From positions 5,022,001 through 5,086,000 of the forward strand of contig NC_087256.1 in assembly GCF_037042905.1 (NCBI RefSeq): a DNA stretch of 64,000 bases. The letters run 5' to 3'. Each line of letters opens with the position of its first letter. Positions within the stretch are counted from its first letter, which is position 1. The DNA comes from Lytechinus pictus. Its lineage: Eukaryota. A model generated the notes under the pieces. The model was not told where the DNA came from, did not search any database, and saw only the letters and a list, made by a program, of their open reading frames with translations. Shown here one piece after another: positions 24,741-38,414 of this stretch. The position numbers and the translations under genes are program-made.

Positions 24741-25019
24741 ATATCACGTAAAATCACCACGAGATTGAATGGACATGACGGAGGTGGCTGTGACGAGGGG
24801 GGTAGGGGGAACTATATAGAATTAAGATGTTATATTGCGTTAAACATGTTCGACGTGAACTGGCTAATGTATATACACCAAGAAGTGCAAGAAAGGTGCA
24901 ACTTTGCGGGAAAAGTTGCAGAGCTAATAATCGAGCATAGTTGCACCTTTCACTCGCCACCGCGCCTGCGCAGGCCTGCAGCGAGTGGTGGGGATGCAAA
25001 TTTGAACCTCGCGTATAGT

Positions 25020-25445
25020 CTGGTGCCTGTCTTACAAAGAGTTGCGATTGATCCGATCAATCATAACTATGGACGGCCTGCAAAGTCAACATCTAAAATG
25101 CATGAATATTCTAAATGTTTTCTAGATATGACGTAAATTACATAAATTCATTGTTTTCTTGGCAATGTGGTGTGTTCGCCTTTGTTTACTAAGGACATTT
25201 TGAAAATTTTATGTAGAAAAAATTATGACACTGATGGATTTCCATAGAGTTACAATTGATTGGATCAATCATAACTCTTTGTAAGACGGGGCCCATGGGG
25301 TCCCGTAACACAACGCTTAGCAATGTAATAGCTCCATGGTAGAACATTTTTCTGCGATTGATTGCATTGACTACAAGGTAAAATCAATCGTGAAAATCAA
25401 GTGTGTGATTAATCTCTAACCTTTGTGTTTTAATACGGGACCCAG
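25020..25445. mobile_element. Two adjacent palindromic MITEs
   Basis: GTCTTACAAAGAGTT / AACTCTTTGTAAGAC arms (25020-25273), then GGGTCCCGTA / TACGGGACCC arms (25277-25445). Confidence 0.65.
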
Positions 25446-26246
25446 GTCGCTGTACAAATCAAAATACTCGTGAAGTTCAACCTGCTCGGCAACGAAAAAC
25501 AATACTTTTTCTTGTTTGGATGTGGGTAAGGGTGTTCGTCTTGTATACGTGTAATGAAACTAAAATTATACTTTTAATTGCGAAATTGCACCTAAATGAT
25601 GTAGAGAGCTTCTAGGGTTTGTGAACATAAGGCTACATAGAAATCGTATGTGTTGAGGGGTATGTGAATTCATTTTTTTTAATGCATAATTCGCATATTT
25701 TATGAACATGATACAATTGTCATAATTGTTTTGGGGTAAACATTGTAAGAAAAGTTGTCAGATCATGGTCATTTATTTTTATTTGGGGAATCAGCTCGTT
25801 TGGCAAATATATTGTTTAGGAGCTGTTTTATTTAACTTTTGGTAATTGACGATGCAATTAGGTGGGTTTTTTTAGGTTTTGCCCCATTCCACACGATCCG
25901 CCATTTCATATTTTGTGCCTATTGATCATTGCGGAAGAAAAGGTAGAGTTACGAGAAATAATGAATTCGGATTATGTACATCTCTGAAGAATTCCGTTTT
26001 GGTCGAGCGGACGGTCAGGCATGGACGTGGCATCGGTGTCCGTACTAACAGGATAAATTTTGCACATTATTTTAAAGGTGCATAGTCACACTGCATGGGA
26101 GCACCTTCAAGATGCAACTTTGTACCTTTTTAGAAAGGCGCAACTTTGAACGTCTCTAATTATGACACGTATTATAATCAAACTCTCTACTCAGTATTGA
26201 GGTCTTTCATACTATGTTATTATCTCTGTTACTTTGTGGTGTAGTG

Positions 26247-26442
26247 CACTCTTAAAAACGTTGGGCAACATACGGTCCACACAACAATTGGTTAAAACAT
26301 TATCCAACTCTGGGTAGTTTTCAACCAATACTGTGTAGTTTTCACCAAAAGCACACATTATTGGTTTAAAGCTACTCAGAATTTGATAAAGTTTTAACCA
26401 ATTGTTGTGTGGACCGTATGTTGCCCAACGTTTTTAAGAGTG
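26247..26442. mobile_element. EnSpm/CACTA-like MITE
   Basis: ~51-bp perfect TIR beginning CACTCTTAAAAACGTTGGGCAAC, 2-bp TSD TG; disrupted copy begins ~35999. Confidence 0.85.
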
Positions 26443-28084
26443 TGTTTGCTTCTATTTATTCCATAAGACGTCGACGACGCCTGGGTGAAAGAATAGGGGA
26501 AACTTTTCGACGTTTTCATTGGACACGGATGCGCTGCGCAGTGGGGGGCGTCGGCCCTTCCAGCATAAACATACCACTCTCTGTCCAATCGAACTCTTTT
26601 CACCTCCCCCTTCTCCCTCTCACATCTCGTTCTTTCTTTCCCATTCCTCTTTCCACTCTTTGCCTATTTTTTCATGTACATGTATAATATTATATCTTCC
26701 GAAAATTATGTTCTCTCTCGTGTCATCCAATCTCATATTCCTTACTATCCCTTCTTCTCTCACCTATGTGCTCTATCCTCACCTGTTCCAAATCCCCCTC
26801 ACCTTTCCTCTTCCTCAATTGGTCTACATTTTGTTCCTCCAATCACCAATTCTCTGCATAATATTTCTTCTTCTTTTTTTTTTCTTGTTGATGTACAGTG
26901 TAAAGAGAAGACGAAGAGAGATACGGGTTTTCTTTTTTTACTTGAGCCCTTTAATATCATCATAATATCTCTGTTCAATTTCACTTACAGATCAATAAAT
27001 CTCTCCTTAATTCCAAGTATAATGAAACATTTCACGTTTCGACAAAACATATTCAGGCATTAGCTAAGAAAATGTTATGATTTAACATTGAACCATCTTC
27101 AACTATGGAAAGTGGGGCCCGTCATAATTGACAGTCAGACAATAGGTATGATTTTTTTTAATAATCATGTCGAAAATATTAAGTAGTACCGTAGTTTGTG
27201 TATTAACTTGTGACTTAATCACTCTAATAATGAAATGTTAAATTAACATTTTAAAAGGTTGGAGGAATGACAATTTTTTTTCTAAATGTTGCATTTACCA
27301 CATGAAATGTCGATTTAGCATTTCATTTTTTTACAGTGATCCAGCAAAATTTATATCACTGTTGACGCTGGCGTACCAAGCACATGTAAAACCAGTATAC
27401 TTCTGGAGGTGTTTATGGCGAAGCGTGAGTCAGTATGCCTCACTGTACACTGTATTTTTTTCGGGGGAGGGGGTGGCATGTGTTTGATCCTGAAAAAACA
27501 ACAACCAAGAACATATATATATCGAAGCGTCGAGTTTGGGTAAACACACATACATGCCCATAAAAAATAAATGGTGTAATAATGAGACTCTCTACTGAGA
27601 ATGACACTGTGTATTTTCTAAAATTCGTTTCAAAATATCGACTAGCTCGTTTATAGCAAACAGTCCACGGCAAACTAGAGAACTATTCACTTTTCTATAT
27701 GTCATCCTAGGTCGATGTCACTTAAAAACAACATACCATCTATCTGTCGATATCACGCAATATCGGTCTTTAAATGTAAATCACTATGGGTCAAATTTTA
27801 CATAAAATAATCCACAGATTAACCACCATACGTGACTGTAAATCATAAGGGAATTTCCCCAGAAATTTATAAATTAAATTTATGTATTATAATAATATTG
27901 TAGTAGAATTTTGGCTCTTTGTTTATCTACATGAATTTGACATGAAAGCTCCTTCACTACACTTTTTATGTGTTTGAATATATTTTCTGGATGAAAGAAT
28001 AAATGGAATTAAAATAAGGAAAACCAACCAGAGCGAATGTCCGTGTTGTTTTTTCTAAAGATTTATGTAACCATGACAACGGTC

Positions 28085-28375
28085 TTACATACAGTAAGGA
28101 CTCTCATCGTTGGTTTCAAGATAATACAAGCCTTCATTACAGCTGGGATCCGCCTTGTACCCCATCTCTGGGCAAATAACACTAGAACACCACCACCAAA
28201 TTCCCTCGTCTAGGGTGTCAGAGTTGGAGGTCATCTTCACGGAAGAGAATGGGCGCGTAGACGAGATGCTCTCGATGTAATACTCGACGGCTCGGCTGTG
28301 ATCACAGCTGACGGAGACTTTAGAACATCCGGGCATTTCCTGACCGTTGTTGGGGTAGAAGTCTTGATGACCAAG
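28085..28375 (-). CDS. Lipase B exon 5 (lid, catalytic His, stop)
   Basis: LGHQDFYPNNGQEMPGCSKVSVSCDHSRAV...SPYCM*. Confidence 0.95.
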   Translation of the reverse strand, partial: LGHQDFYPNNGQEMPGCSKVSVSCDHSRAVEYYIESISSTRPFSSVKMTSNSDTLDEGIWWWCSSVICPEMGYKADPSCNEGLYYLETNDESPYCM

Positions 28376-31300
28376 CTGTGACAATCGAGGTAGATAAACG
28401 CAGATGTGATTTTTTTTTGCTATAAACATGTACATTCACATGCTAAAATGTACACAATTAAAGTTATCATAAAAAAATTCAATCCAATTTATATGTTTTA
28501 ATCCCGGGGTTATCATCATCATCATCATCATCCGTTTTAAGTACAGTCCACCAGGTTGGTGTTCATACAACTCTTAATATCATTACCATACTGCGATTTT
28601 CTTCCTCTCTATCATTAAACTTTTGGCATTATCAACTCTCCATGTTATTGAACATCTTTTAAAATGTCGAATGTTTAATTAAAACAAAAATAATTACACA
28701 CAATAAGTTAAACCAGGACAGGGATTCTCAAATAGCGGCGCGCGCGCCTCTTGTGGCGCACCGAGCCTTACGGAGTGGCGCGTGGGAGCCGGTATGAAAA
28801 AATTGGGAAAATATGTGTGTAGAATTGATGTTTGATGATAATTTTACACAAAGGAAAAAACAAGTCAGTTATATTTTAAACTTAAGTCTTTGTTGATTTT
28901 ATTTTTATTTATTCTAACGTTATGGTTTTTATATACTTGGTGTATGGATTCATGTGCGAGTGTTAATAATATGTGCATCACGATAGAGGTATACAAATTA
29001 TCTCTATATGATCACAAGTGATCTGATAGCCCCGTTCGTCGGATATCTATCACGTTTTCAACTATTTCTACGGCTAATAATTTCGCATTTCCAGATTATA
29101 CATTGAAAATTGATGGAATTGCTCAGATGCAGCATTTGAAATGATGACAATAAATCCATGATTTAACACTCTTATACTTGACAATTCTTGCTTTTAATCA
29201 ACAACTGACTCCTGGCAAAGCACATCATATCGGAAAATATGGTGACATATTATACAGATATAAAATGAAGCTCTTAATTTGCATATTAGTGTGGCATCAC
29301 GAAAAGTAAGTCGGGTAAGTTTTAACCATCAAACAATTTTCACAGAAGTAAGGAGATTTAGACACATTGAAAATCAGGAACTTTGTTTCCGAAGCCGATT
29401 ATTTAAAATCCAAGTTTGTGAAAGAGAAATACTGCAAGGTATTGCCTGTTGTGCATGTGTGCAAGCCCTCGTGAAAAACTAGCGGTATCACTGGTATGTT
29501 GTGAAAAGTCACTTATCATTTGAAAAATAATAAATTGTGTAGTTTGTTTGCATTCGTGTTTCTTGTATTGATATTAATTATATCCCCTCTTGGCCATTTA
29601 AAAAGCCTCATATTCCAAAGCTTCAAGGGGCTCCGCCCCCTCGAGCCCACCAGGGGCCCCTCAGCAATATTTCGCTCTTTAGCCTATATCTCTAATCACA
29701 CGGCCAAACACCAATTACCCACCATCCCGCACGAAGGGCCTAATATATTCTCAAACTTATTTTTAAAAGTTAAATTTCAGGATCTATAGCCCTTTGTTTG
29801 CATTTCTTACTCTCTCAACAACAACAACACCAAAACGCTAGTGATGGTAATTTTTTTATACAGTATACAGTGCGTCCCAGAAAAAACGAAACCGAGATTT
29901 AGCGATGATTTATCATAACTAAATCATGAATAAAATAGACAAATGACATACCAATGTAAAGCTTAGAATCTCCTCTTTCATCTGGTATTATTTAGATTAT
30001 TCCTTATTCACGCATGATTGAGCAAAAACAATTCGAAGAAAGGATGCCAAAAACTCATTTTGCGGGGGGTATCTGAATTTCAAAAAGAAAATCACATGAC
30101 TAAAAAGTTCAATATCTTCTCTTTTCTTTGATACCTAAATCACAGAAAATGGTCAAGTAGTAAAAAAGTTATGATCCCTCGAAACAATGCTTGTATTTCC
30201 ATAATTTCATGAAATAAACGTGTTTTCACGGGTTTCCCACAGAAACTATCGCACGATAACAAAAGACTTAATGCATGGCTGATCGTCAACAAAACGGAGT
30301 GTCGAGTGAGTTTGAACGCTAGCCTGTAAAACCTCTTCATTTTATGAAATTATTGAAATTCAAGCCTTATTTCAAATAACCAGAACTTTGTTAGTTCTTG
30401 ACCATTTTCTGTAATTGAGGTATCAAATTAAAGAGCAGATATTGAACTTTTTAAAAATGTGGTTTTCTTTTTAAAACTCAGATACGGCCCGCCAAGTGAC
30501 TTTTTGGTATCCCCTTTTCAAATTGTTTTTGCTCACTCATGCGTGAATGAGAAATAATCTAAGTAATTTCAGATGAAAGAGGAGATTCTAAGCTTTAAAA
30601 TGGTAGGTCATTTGTCTATTGTATTTGCGATTAAGTTATGATAAATCATCGATAAATCTCGGTTTCGTTTTTTGTGGGACGCACTGTATATACCTGGTCC
30701 ATTAGTCCAAGTCCACCACCCCAAAAGGTTTCTCCATCTGTATGCATGACATCGACGAAGAGGGCGTCTGTTTTATCCAGTCGACAGGTATTATCAAGAT
30801 CACCACTGAAGTCTGGGCCTGCAGGATCCAAGCCTATGGGAGAGAGCGAGAGAGAGAGGGGGGGGGGGCGAAAGTAAGGAGGGGGTAAAATAACTACAAA
30901 CAGACAGAGAGAAGTATAATTTTGATAACAAACATTAGAAGGATAATGATGATGATTATGACGACNNNNNNNNNNNNNNNNNNNNNNNNNNNNNNNNNNN
31001 NNNNNNNNNNNNNNNNNNNNNNNNNNNNNNNNNNNNNNNNNNNNNNNNNNNNNNNNNNNNNNNNNNNNNNNNNNNNNNNNNNNNNNNNNNNNNNNNNNNN
31101 NNNNNNNNNNNNNNNNNNNNNNNNNNNNNNNNNNNNNNNNNNNNNNNNNNNNNNNNNNNNNNNNNNNNNNNNNNNNNATAATTATGATGATGATGATGAC
31201 GACGATGAAGGTGATGATTTTGAGAATCGACAAATCTGGTGTTTTCAAATTTCTCTCTGTTAGCTTTAGAGTACAAGTAAAATAAAAACATGATTATGTT

Positions 31301-33612
31301 GAAAAAAAATATACCCCACTATAGTGGGAAATTACTTGCCCGATGTTTTATGAGTAATTTCTACTTTTTTTTCCGAGGGGGGGATATTGCTAGTCCAACC
31401 TAGGAGTAATTCCCGCTATCATTTACAACAAAAACATCTGGCCTATATTTCTTTTATATCCCTCTTGAAATGAAATCGAATGATAAATCTTTTGAATAAC
31501 AAATGTAATGGACACATTTTCCGTCAACATGAGCCTTGGAAATGAATTGCGTTGAACATTCCTGTTAGAACGAAATCTGACCACCCCCTCCTCCATTTGG
31601 TATATGATCCTTTACCTGATACTCTGCCGATGGTTCCTGAGCAGGCCTCCCCGGCGTAACCCCCGATATGGGCCCCCAGGCTGTGTCCGATGATGTGCAT
31701 GGAGTCGAAGGTAGCCCCAGCAGCAGCTTGGAAAGCTTCAATCAGCTTAGCGATCTCCCTGCCGACGACCCGAGTATTAGCTCTGCTCTTGTAATATCCC
31801 TTACTGGCTCCTGACGACCAGTCAACCATCACCACGTTCACGTCGTACTTTGAATGATAAACCGAAACGATTTAGGATTTACCACCAAGTTTCACAATTT
31901 TAAATGTTATTATGTTTGTTGGTAATTAAGTGCTTCCGAATTTTTTTTCACTGTAGACCTACAATGTGTTGAATTCATTTATTTCGGGGGGGGGGGGATA
32001 TTTTTTTTTTCGATTTCAGAATTATGAGGATTATATCAATGAGCCTATTATCAACTGTGAAATCTCATTCATCAGATTTCATCAAAAATAGAATTTCGTT
32101 CATGCCTGAGCAATCATCCGAATTATTTGTCTAAGGATTTACAGTGGCTTGCGCCAAAAATTTAAGGAATTCGTAAAGAAATTGTCTAAATTGAGTAAGT
32201 AGATTACTCTTATTTCGATTATGCTTCATTTATGTGTGTTTTCTCTGATGAATGGTCATGTGTAATAAATTAATTTTTATCTATCAAGTGTGAACTTTAG
32301 GAAAAATGTTGAAAAACCCCCCACATAGGCCCTACTTGTACATACAGATAATGCAAAACATTTTGGATTGCTTAGTGGGAACAGACATCTGAAATTGAAG
32401 TTGTACCTGAATCAAGTCCATGGTAAAATATAGCATTGAAAATGCTACAGTTTCATCCTCAAAACCAACTCTAAACCGAAAAAAAGTTATTACGTTATTA
32501 TGAATACCTATGTTAGAGACAATCGCTCGGATTGCAGCCATGCAGATTGCATTGGTATGATTGTACCAAGATCAGTAGACTTTGAAGACAGTGATGAAGA
32601 GCCACACCAATGAAACCGACGCCAAATCGTCCTCATGGCCCTGAGAAGTGATCGGGCATGCTGGAGGTGTTGAACCACCTCCAAGAATTTCCAGGGGTGC
32701 TACGTGTATTATTATCCATAGGCAGCACCCCCTGGAATTCTGGTAGGTGTCGAAAATTTGAGAAATGTAAGGAAATAGACAAATTTCTTTTGGTTGAGAA
32801 CCTTTTTTTTTTGGCTTGTCAAATTTATCAGGACCAAACCGACCCGCATTTGGTAGGAAAACCCTTTTTTTTTTTGCTTGTCAAATTTACTTCAGCCAGC
32901 ACCCCAGCCAAAAAATCGTTCCCAGGGCCCTGATCGTCCGATGGTATATGTGATTACAAATAACATGGAAAATTGATCGGTTTGGATGCGGTTTCATTTG
33001 TGGGACGGTAGCATCTTAGAATTGGACAATATTGTATCAAATGCTCTCAAAAATAAATTGACCGCTTATCAAAACCTTAACATTAAAAAGGGCAGTATAT
33101 CGAAACAATTCTTACTGAATGAAGGAACGTGTTCTTCATCGTTATCCAGCTTTCCCCAGACATACTATCAGTCCATCCATGAACGATAAGCTTGGTTTCT
33201 CGGTTTGGATCAAAGCTAGATGCCTGGATGGTTAGAGGGTTCTGACGGTCTAGGATCTCACCATGATCTGGGTTCTGACGGGTATAAAGCTCGAAAGTGG
33301 TACCGATGTCGTCTGGGTTGTTTGGGTTCCGATTGTGGCATCTTAATTGCGTTTCAAAGCAACCTAGATCATGTGGATCGTCGAAACAGATATCGCATGA
33401 AACTGAAAGAAACGGGAAAGTCATGTAATAAGAATCAGAACTCTGAATTTCTAAATATGCAGTTGCATTGCATATTTTTTATACAACGATTAAGGTAATA
33501 GTGCATTATAAAAATGTATTTTTAACGAAAAAACTTTCTTCACTATTTCAGTTGGTATTGATCCACCTGCTACGAGAAGACCAGCAAAGACCAGAAGCTG
33601 AAAAGAAGTCAT
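28085..33612 (-). CDS. Pancreatic lipase-related protein, paralogue B (spliced; exons 33612-33567, 33402-33116, 31847-31616, 30833-30694, 28375-28085; 331 aa)
   Basis: Signal peptide MTSFQLLVFAGLLVAVSC; TKLIVHGW, GHSLG, LDPAGP, HTDG, GHQDFYPN and CDH motifs; continuous 996-nt frame across GT-AG junctions. Confidence 0.94.
29868..30686. mobile_element. Tc1/mariner-type MITE with ~350-bp TIRs in lipase B intron 4
   Basis: CAGTGCGTCCCA..AAAAAACGAAACCGAGATTT termini, TA duplication. Confidence 0.9.
30694..30833 (-). CDS. Lipase B exon 4 (LDPAGP)
   Basis: GLDPAGPDF...LDKTDALFVDVMHTDG. Confidence 0.95.
31616..31847 (-). CDS. Lipase B exon 3 (GHSLG)
   Basis: YDVNVVMVDW...GHSLGAHIGGYAG...GRVS. Confidence 0.95.
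33116..33402 (-). CDS. Lipase B exon 2
   Basis: VSCDICFDDPHDLGCF...FELYTRQN...TKLIVHGWTDS...TFLHS|GTAAG. Confidence 0.93.
33567..33612 (-). CDS. Lipase B exon 1 (signal peptide)
   Basis: MTSFQLLVFAGLLVA, phase 1; the donor GTGGAT is weak, so the boundary is less sure. Confidence 0.7.
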
Positions 33613-33700
33613 GGTTATTGAAGGCGTCAGTTCCAGTTTCAAATGATCTGCATCCAAACTAAAATCGGATCGAAGTAATCGTCCAGCAGTCGTATTCCAA

Positions 33701-33708
33701 TTTTTATA
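33701..33708 (-). promoter_or_regulatory. TATA box of lipase B
   Basis: TATAAAAA on - strand, ~89 bp upstream of ATG. Confidence 0.55.
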
Positions 33709-34779
33709 AAGAATTTTCAAAGTAATTAGCCTGCTGCTAGCGATCCATAATTTCCTTCGGAGGTAGGCATATAGCAGTAATGGTCTTTAAGCAAACTATT
33801 AGCTGATTAAGATAATTTTTACGACCTAATTAAACTATTTCTGAAATAAAAGCCGAGAGAAAATACTTTTAATTAGTTTTTCTTGAGATCTCTTGATTAT
33901 TGATTGTTTAATTGTTTGAAATAAAGGGGCTGTGTATATACAAAGAGGGCTTATAACAAAATGGTGGAATTTTGGTTTGAATTTACATTATACTCAGGAT
34001 CATTATCAGTACTGGGTCCTACACCAGCTGACTATAGTTGACAAAGTTATTGATGACGTGTGATTTTATCAACTTTGTCACTCTGTTTCTTTTTTCCTTT
34101 TTCTCTGATACTCCTTTTTTCCCTCTTCATCCCTTTCCCAACTCTTCCACTCCTTTTGTTCTCTGTTCATATCTTATGTCCCTTGAGTTTTCTCATTTAA
34201 TGTCCCCATACTGCCCTCTAGGATTCATGTCCTTTACCTCCTCACCCCTCCCCTCCTCCTTTCCTAATTTCATTGGTTTCATTCACTCTTTCCCCAGTTT
34301 TCCTTTTTTTTATCTATTTCTTTTTCTGTTTTATTTCTGTCGCTCTCAATACTTGCATTCATTTTTTTTCACCCCCACTCCACTATTTCTTTCCATCTCT
34401 GTTTCTCTGCAACCTTAATTTTTATTATATTTATAATAGTCTCTCTCATCTATCCTTCCTTGACAAATCACTTATCTCTTTTTTTATTTTCTCTTTCCCC
34501 CAGCTTTCATCCCTTTCGCGTATCGAATATTAATTTAGCGCAGTGTGCATGGCTACGTTGGAATAAAAAAACACACACACAAATTTCCACTTCTACATCG
34601 CCCCTCGCTTGTACAATCTATCTATCTATCTCTCTCCCTCTCTCTCTCTATCTCCATTAATTTTTTTTTTCTGTCTATCTTTCTATTTCGTTCTTGATCT
34701 ATATATTTATTGTGTACTCTATCTCTTTCTATGTCACCCCCTGTCTTCTTCTTTGCTCCGTCTCTCCCTCTCTTTATTA

Positions 34780-34811
<32 letters not shown>

Positions 34812-34944
34812 CCTCTCTCTCGCACACACACACACCCTCTTGATCGCATCCACTCGACCTTCAAAGTCTGACTATGAATTTGAAATCATACTCCACCATG
34901 ACCATTGCATTAAGTCGGGTTAAGTGATATAAATGTACTTTAGC

Positions 34945-35240
34945 CTACCGGGTTGTGGGGTCGGGTCGGGCACTCTCGAAACCAGAAAACCGGCCATTTG
35001 AGAAAATAGCCCCCTCAATTTTCGAAACGTTGGGTCCAATCATGTAATTTACCCGACCAGTCGAGAAACGGGCACCCTAACTTTCCCGACTGGTCGGGTC
35101 CAGTTTACCCGATAATTGATGCAAATTATACCACAATTATCGAATGGTCGGGTAAACGGGACCCGACGTTTCGGGAATGCAGGGGCTCTATTCCCGAATG
35201 GTCGGGTATAGTTGCCCGACCCGACGCGACAAACCGATGT
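34945..35240. repeat. Palindromic repeat rich in GGTCGGG/CCCGAC motifs (MITE-like)
   Basis: GTCGGGTCGGGCA and TGCCCGACCCGAC arms with repeated internal motifs. Confidence 0.55.
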
Positions 35241-35499
35241 GATAACACAAGCCGCCTAAAAATGACTTGTGTACATAATGCTCCTCTCGCCACAGCGAGT
35301 CAAGTTGTAATTGTGATGGTCTCATGTGAATTTATTTATTTTATTTATTTTATTGTAACATATTTATTCAGGATAAAGATAAAACATGGTCAGCCGAGGC
35401 TGTTTTACATCATGGTCCTGACACACACAACATATATACAATGAACAAAATTATTTTAAAAAGGAGTAACGACTACAATGGCTCACAATATACAAGTTC

Positions 35500-35678
35500 C
35501 AGTGGCGTACCTAGGATTTTCCACAGGGGGGGGGGCAAATTCGTCCGCCAAAAAATTTGACAAGCAAAAAAAAAAAAGGTCTTCAAGGGGGCAGGGATAT
35601 GTCCCTTGCATGGGTTGTGACTCGTCAGGGGGGGGGGCAGTCTGCCCCCTCTGCCCCCCCCCCGTATGTACGCTAGTG
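35500..35678. mobile_element. hAT-like MITE
   Basis: CAGTGGCGTAC / GTACGCTAGTG termini, perfect 8-bp TSD ACAAGTTC. Confidence 0.85.
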
Positions 35679-36073
35679 ACAAGTTCATAAACTGTCTGAC
35701 CTATAGAAGGAGAACAGGATAAAGAAGAAAGAAGAGAGAGGAAGGTAAGAGAAAGAGGGGGGGGGGGAGAGAGGAGGGAGAGAGAAATAAAAGAAGGTCG
35801 GTCAATTCGAAGGTCGGTCAATGTGAAGACAAACCGTTCTCATTATACTTTCTAAAACTAAACTTATTTCCAGTAAACTCGTTTAAGACGGTCGTGAGAA
35901 CGGTGTCAAAGTGACTCCCAATGATCTATATACATTATGAGGAGCATTTTAAGACTTTGTTTAATTATATGCTATATTTATATCTTAATGTACATGTACA
36001 CTCTTAAAATGTTGGGCAAGATACTGTCCACACAACAATTGGCTAAAAACCTTATCCAACTCTGTGTAGTTTT

Positions 36074-36636
36074 CCCGGGGGGCCACTTACATTGACGAGT
36101 GGATACCATGCGCGACCAAAAAAACACGTAAAAAGGATGTCTTTTTCATGATAGGACACGTTACGTACGTAACGTGATAAGGGTGTCAAAAACACAAAAA
36201 TAATGAAAAAAGGGTATCTATTTTGCTAGGAAAGCTACGTGTTTAGGGTCAAATTTGCAGGGATGATAAAACAAAATTAAAATGTTTTATAAAGGATGTC
36301 CTTTTTGCCCCAACACTACGTGTTTAGAGTCCGATTTGCGCGAGGTGTGGAAGGTGGGGCCGTACTAAACCAAATGGTGTGTAAAGGTAAAACCGACGAC
36401 CGACGGACCCGTGACATAACAATAAAATATCGCTGTACTTGTTAAGGGGTTCAATTTCAGGGAATACTTGCCAAGAGTATCGTTTTGTTTCCAATACTTG
36501 TTAAGGGTAGGGTTTCACACGCCAATACTTGTTAAGGGGTGCATTTTCAGAATATGGAAAATACGTGTTTAGGGTGCTTTTCGAGACCCCACGGTCGCGC
36601 ATGGTATCCACTCGTCAATGGAAGTGGCCCCCCGGG
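36074..36636. mobile_element. Non-autonomous DNA transposon with CCCGGG termini, nested in an EnSpm-like MITE
   Basis: ~43-bp near-perfect TIR CCCGGGGGGCCACTT.CATTGACGAGTGGATACCATGCGCGACC; 8-bp TSD GTAGTTTT. Confidence 0.9.
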
Positions 36637-37039
36637 GTAGTTTTCTTCCAAAGCACACATTATTGGTTTGAAAAAAAAATAGAATAACACAAAGTTATGA
36701 TAACTGTTAATTGTGGCTCATTGATTTTCTATTAGACCAGTCTTTTTTTAAATCAGGCATGAACCTCGGACAATTTGCAACTGAAAATCAGATCACTATT
36801 CGTTAATTTAAATTTTCCTCTTGTACATTAAATCACTTTAACAAGTTATCTATGAATAAAAAGGAGCATGTTTAAACTGTTGCCACTGAGTATTTAGAGT
36901 CCCTTCAAGACCTAGGCTTATTTTTGTTTTACGTAATTGTAGACACAATACACTTTTATTACCTTTATTCGAATACAAACCTTATTGGGATACAATAATT
37001 TAATAAGTCCAGGTTGCTTGCTATTTGTAAATCAATGCA

Positions 37040-37311
37040 TAGTCCACCTCCTGGACTGTTGTTATTTGGTACGATACCAAACACATAACACACTACATCC
37101 CCTGAACACGCATACACACACCCCCTGAATAGTCACATGAAACATTTTTCGGGGAAAGTGAATCAGTGGGTTAGGTGAATCACTGGGTTAGGCGAATCAC
37201 TGGGGGTGTGTGTGTGTTGGTTATGTGTGCGCGCGGGGGCATCGGTACGGTCCGATAGGGTTTGCCCCTTTGGTTTGCCCAATCAATAAAAATCGTCCAG
37301 GACGTGGACTA
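37040..37311. mobile_element. MITE with TAG termini and 9-bp TSD (Academ-like)
   Basis: TAGTCCAC.TCCTGGAC / GTCCAGGA.GTGGACTA, TSD ATCAATGCA. Confidence 0.8.
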
Positions 37312-38172
37312 ATCAATGCACAGAACCAAGTTATGAAAACATGAATTTAGAAGAATGATATGCCAATATACATGTACATCTCAATAAACATTATATCACG
37401 ATTGACAAATATGACATATTATTCCAGTTGCAATAATTAGACAATTTATCGCCATCATTCTTTCTGTAGTATGATGAAACCTGTGGCGGATCCAGGGGAA
37501 GGGGCACATGGCCCGTGCAACCCTCCCCCTATTTGTAGTGAGAAATGTTGATCGTCAGACATTTCGTCACATAAATCACCTTCATCGGGAGTGAAGATCT
37601 TCTTTTATTCTTTTTTTTTTTGCACTTGTCAGATTTTCTCATCAAAATGCCCCCTTTGGAAAATCCTGGATCCGCCTGCGTATGAAATTCTTCTAATTGC
37701 ACAAAATTAAAGTCAAAAAGAGTTTGTCGTGTCTTTGTTACGATCAATGAGGCACTCCCTCCCATTATTCTGGAACTCCTGTCCGTCATCTGTTCTTATC
37801 CTACGCTTTTCTATTTTTCGCAAATCTATTGTCAGTTATCAACACTAAACTCATATCTCTTATCCTATTCCTTATTTTTTTGTAATTCTCTTTATCGTAA
37901 TCCCTTTTTGTGGTTGAAATGTGTTTGACCTTATTTGTATCTACAGTCCCCCGCTTGTTATCTACTCATCATGCCATTAGTTGGGTTCAAGTCTCACTAA
38001 AGTTTTAATGATTATGTAAAACATGTTTTGTTTGATTCGATGAAACATCCTATGAAGGGCTGACATTTTGAAAAAAGGGGGATAAAAGAATCTCACAGAG
38101 ATCTATTTGCCATCTCTTAGGCATGTTTGATTATATCATCATCATCATATCTTCTTCACATTATTTGACTAC

Positions 38173-38414
38173 CTAGTTCATATTTCTAATTTCCATGATA
38201 GAGAAATTCATATGCAAAAAGATTCCATCGTCTCTACACCATGCCATGCCTGTGTAATCAGGAACCGCCCAGCGTCCGTTCAAGTTGGAACGGTGACACG
38301 CCTTGTACCACCACCCTCCTTGATATGCCACGGCACAGTTTCCATTATACGCATCATTATCACGGTCTCGGGTGGAGAATGGTAAACCATTGTGAAAATT
38401 TTCCAATGCATCAT
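38173..38414 (-). CDS. FReD last exon
   Basis: [40 protein letters not shown]...MEIR. Confidence 0.95.

Noticed and set aside
24642-25136. 164-aa ORF
   Set aside because: Spans several adjacent MITE fragments and has no domain signature.
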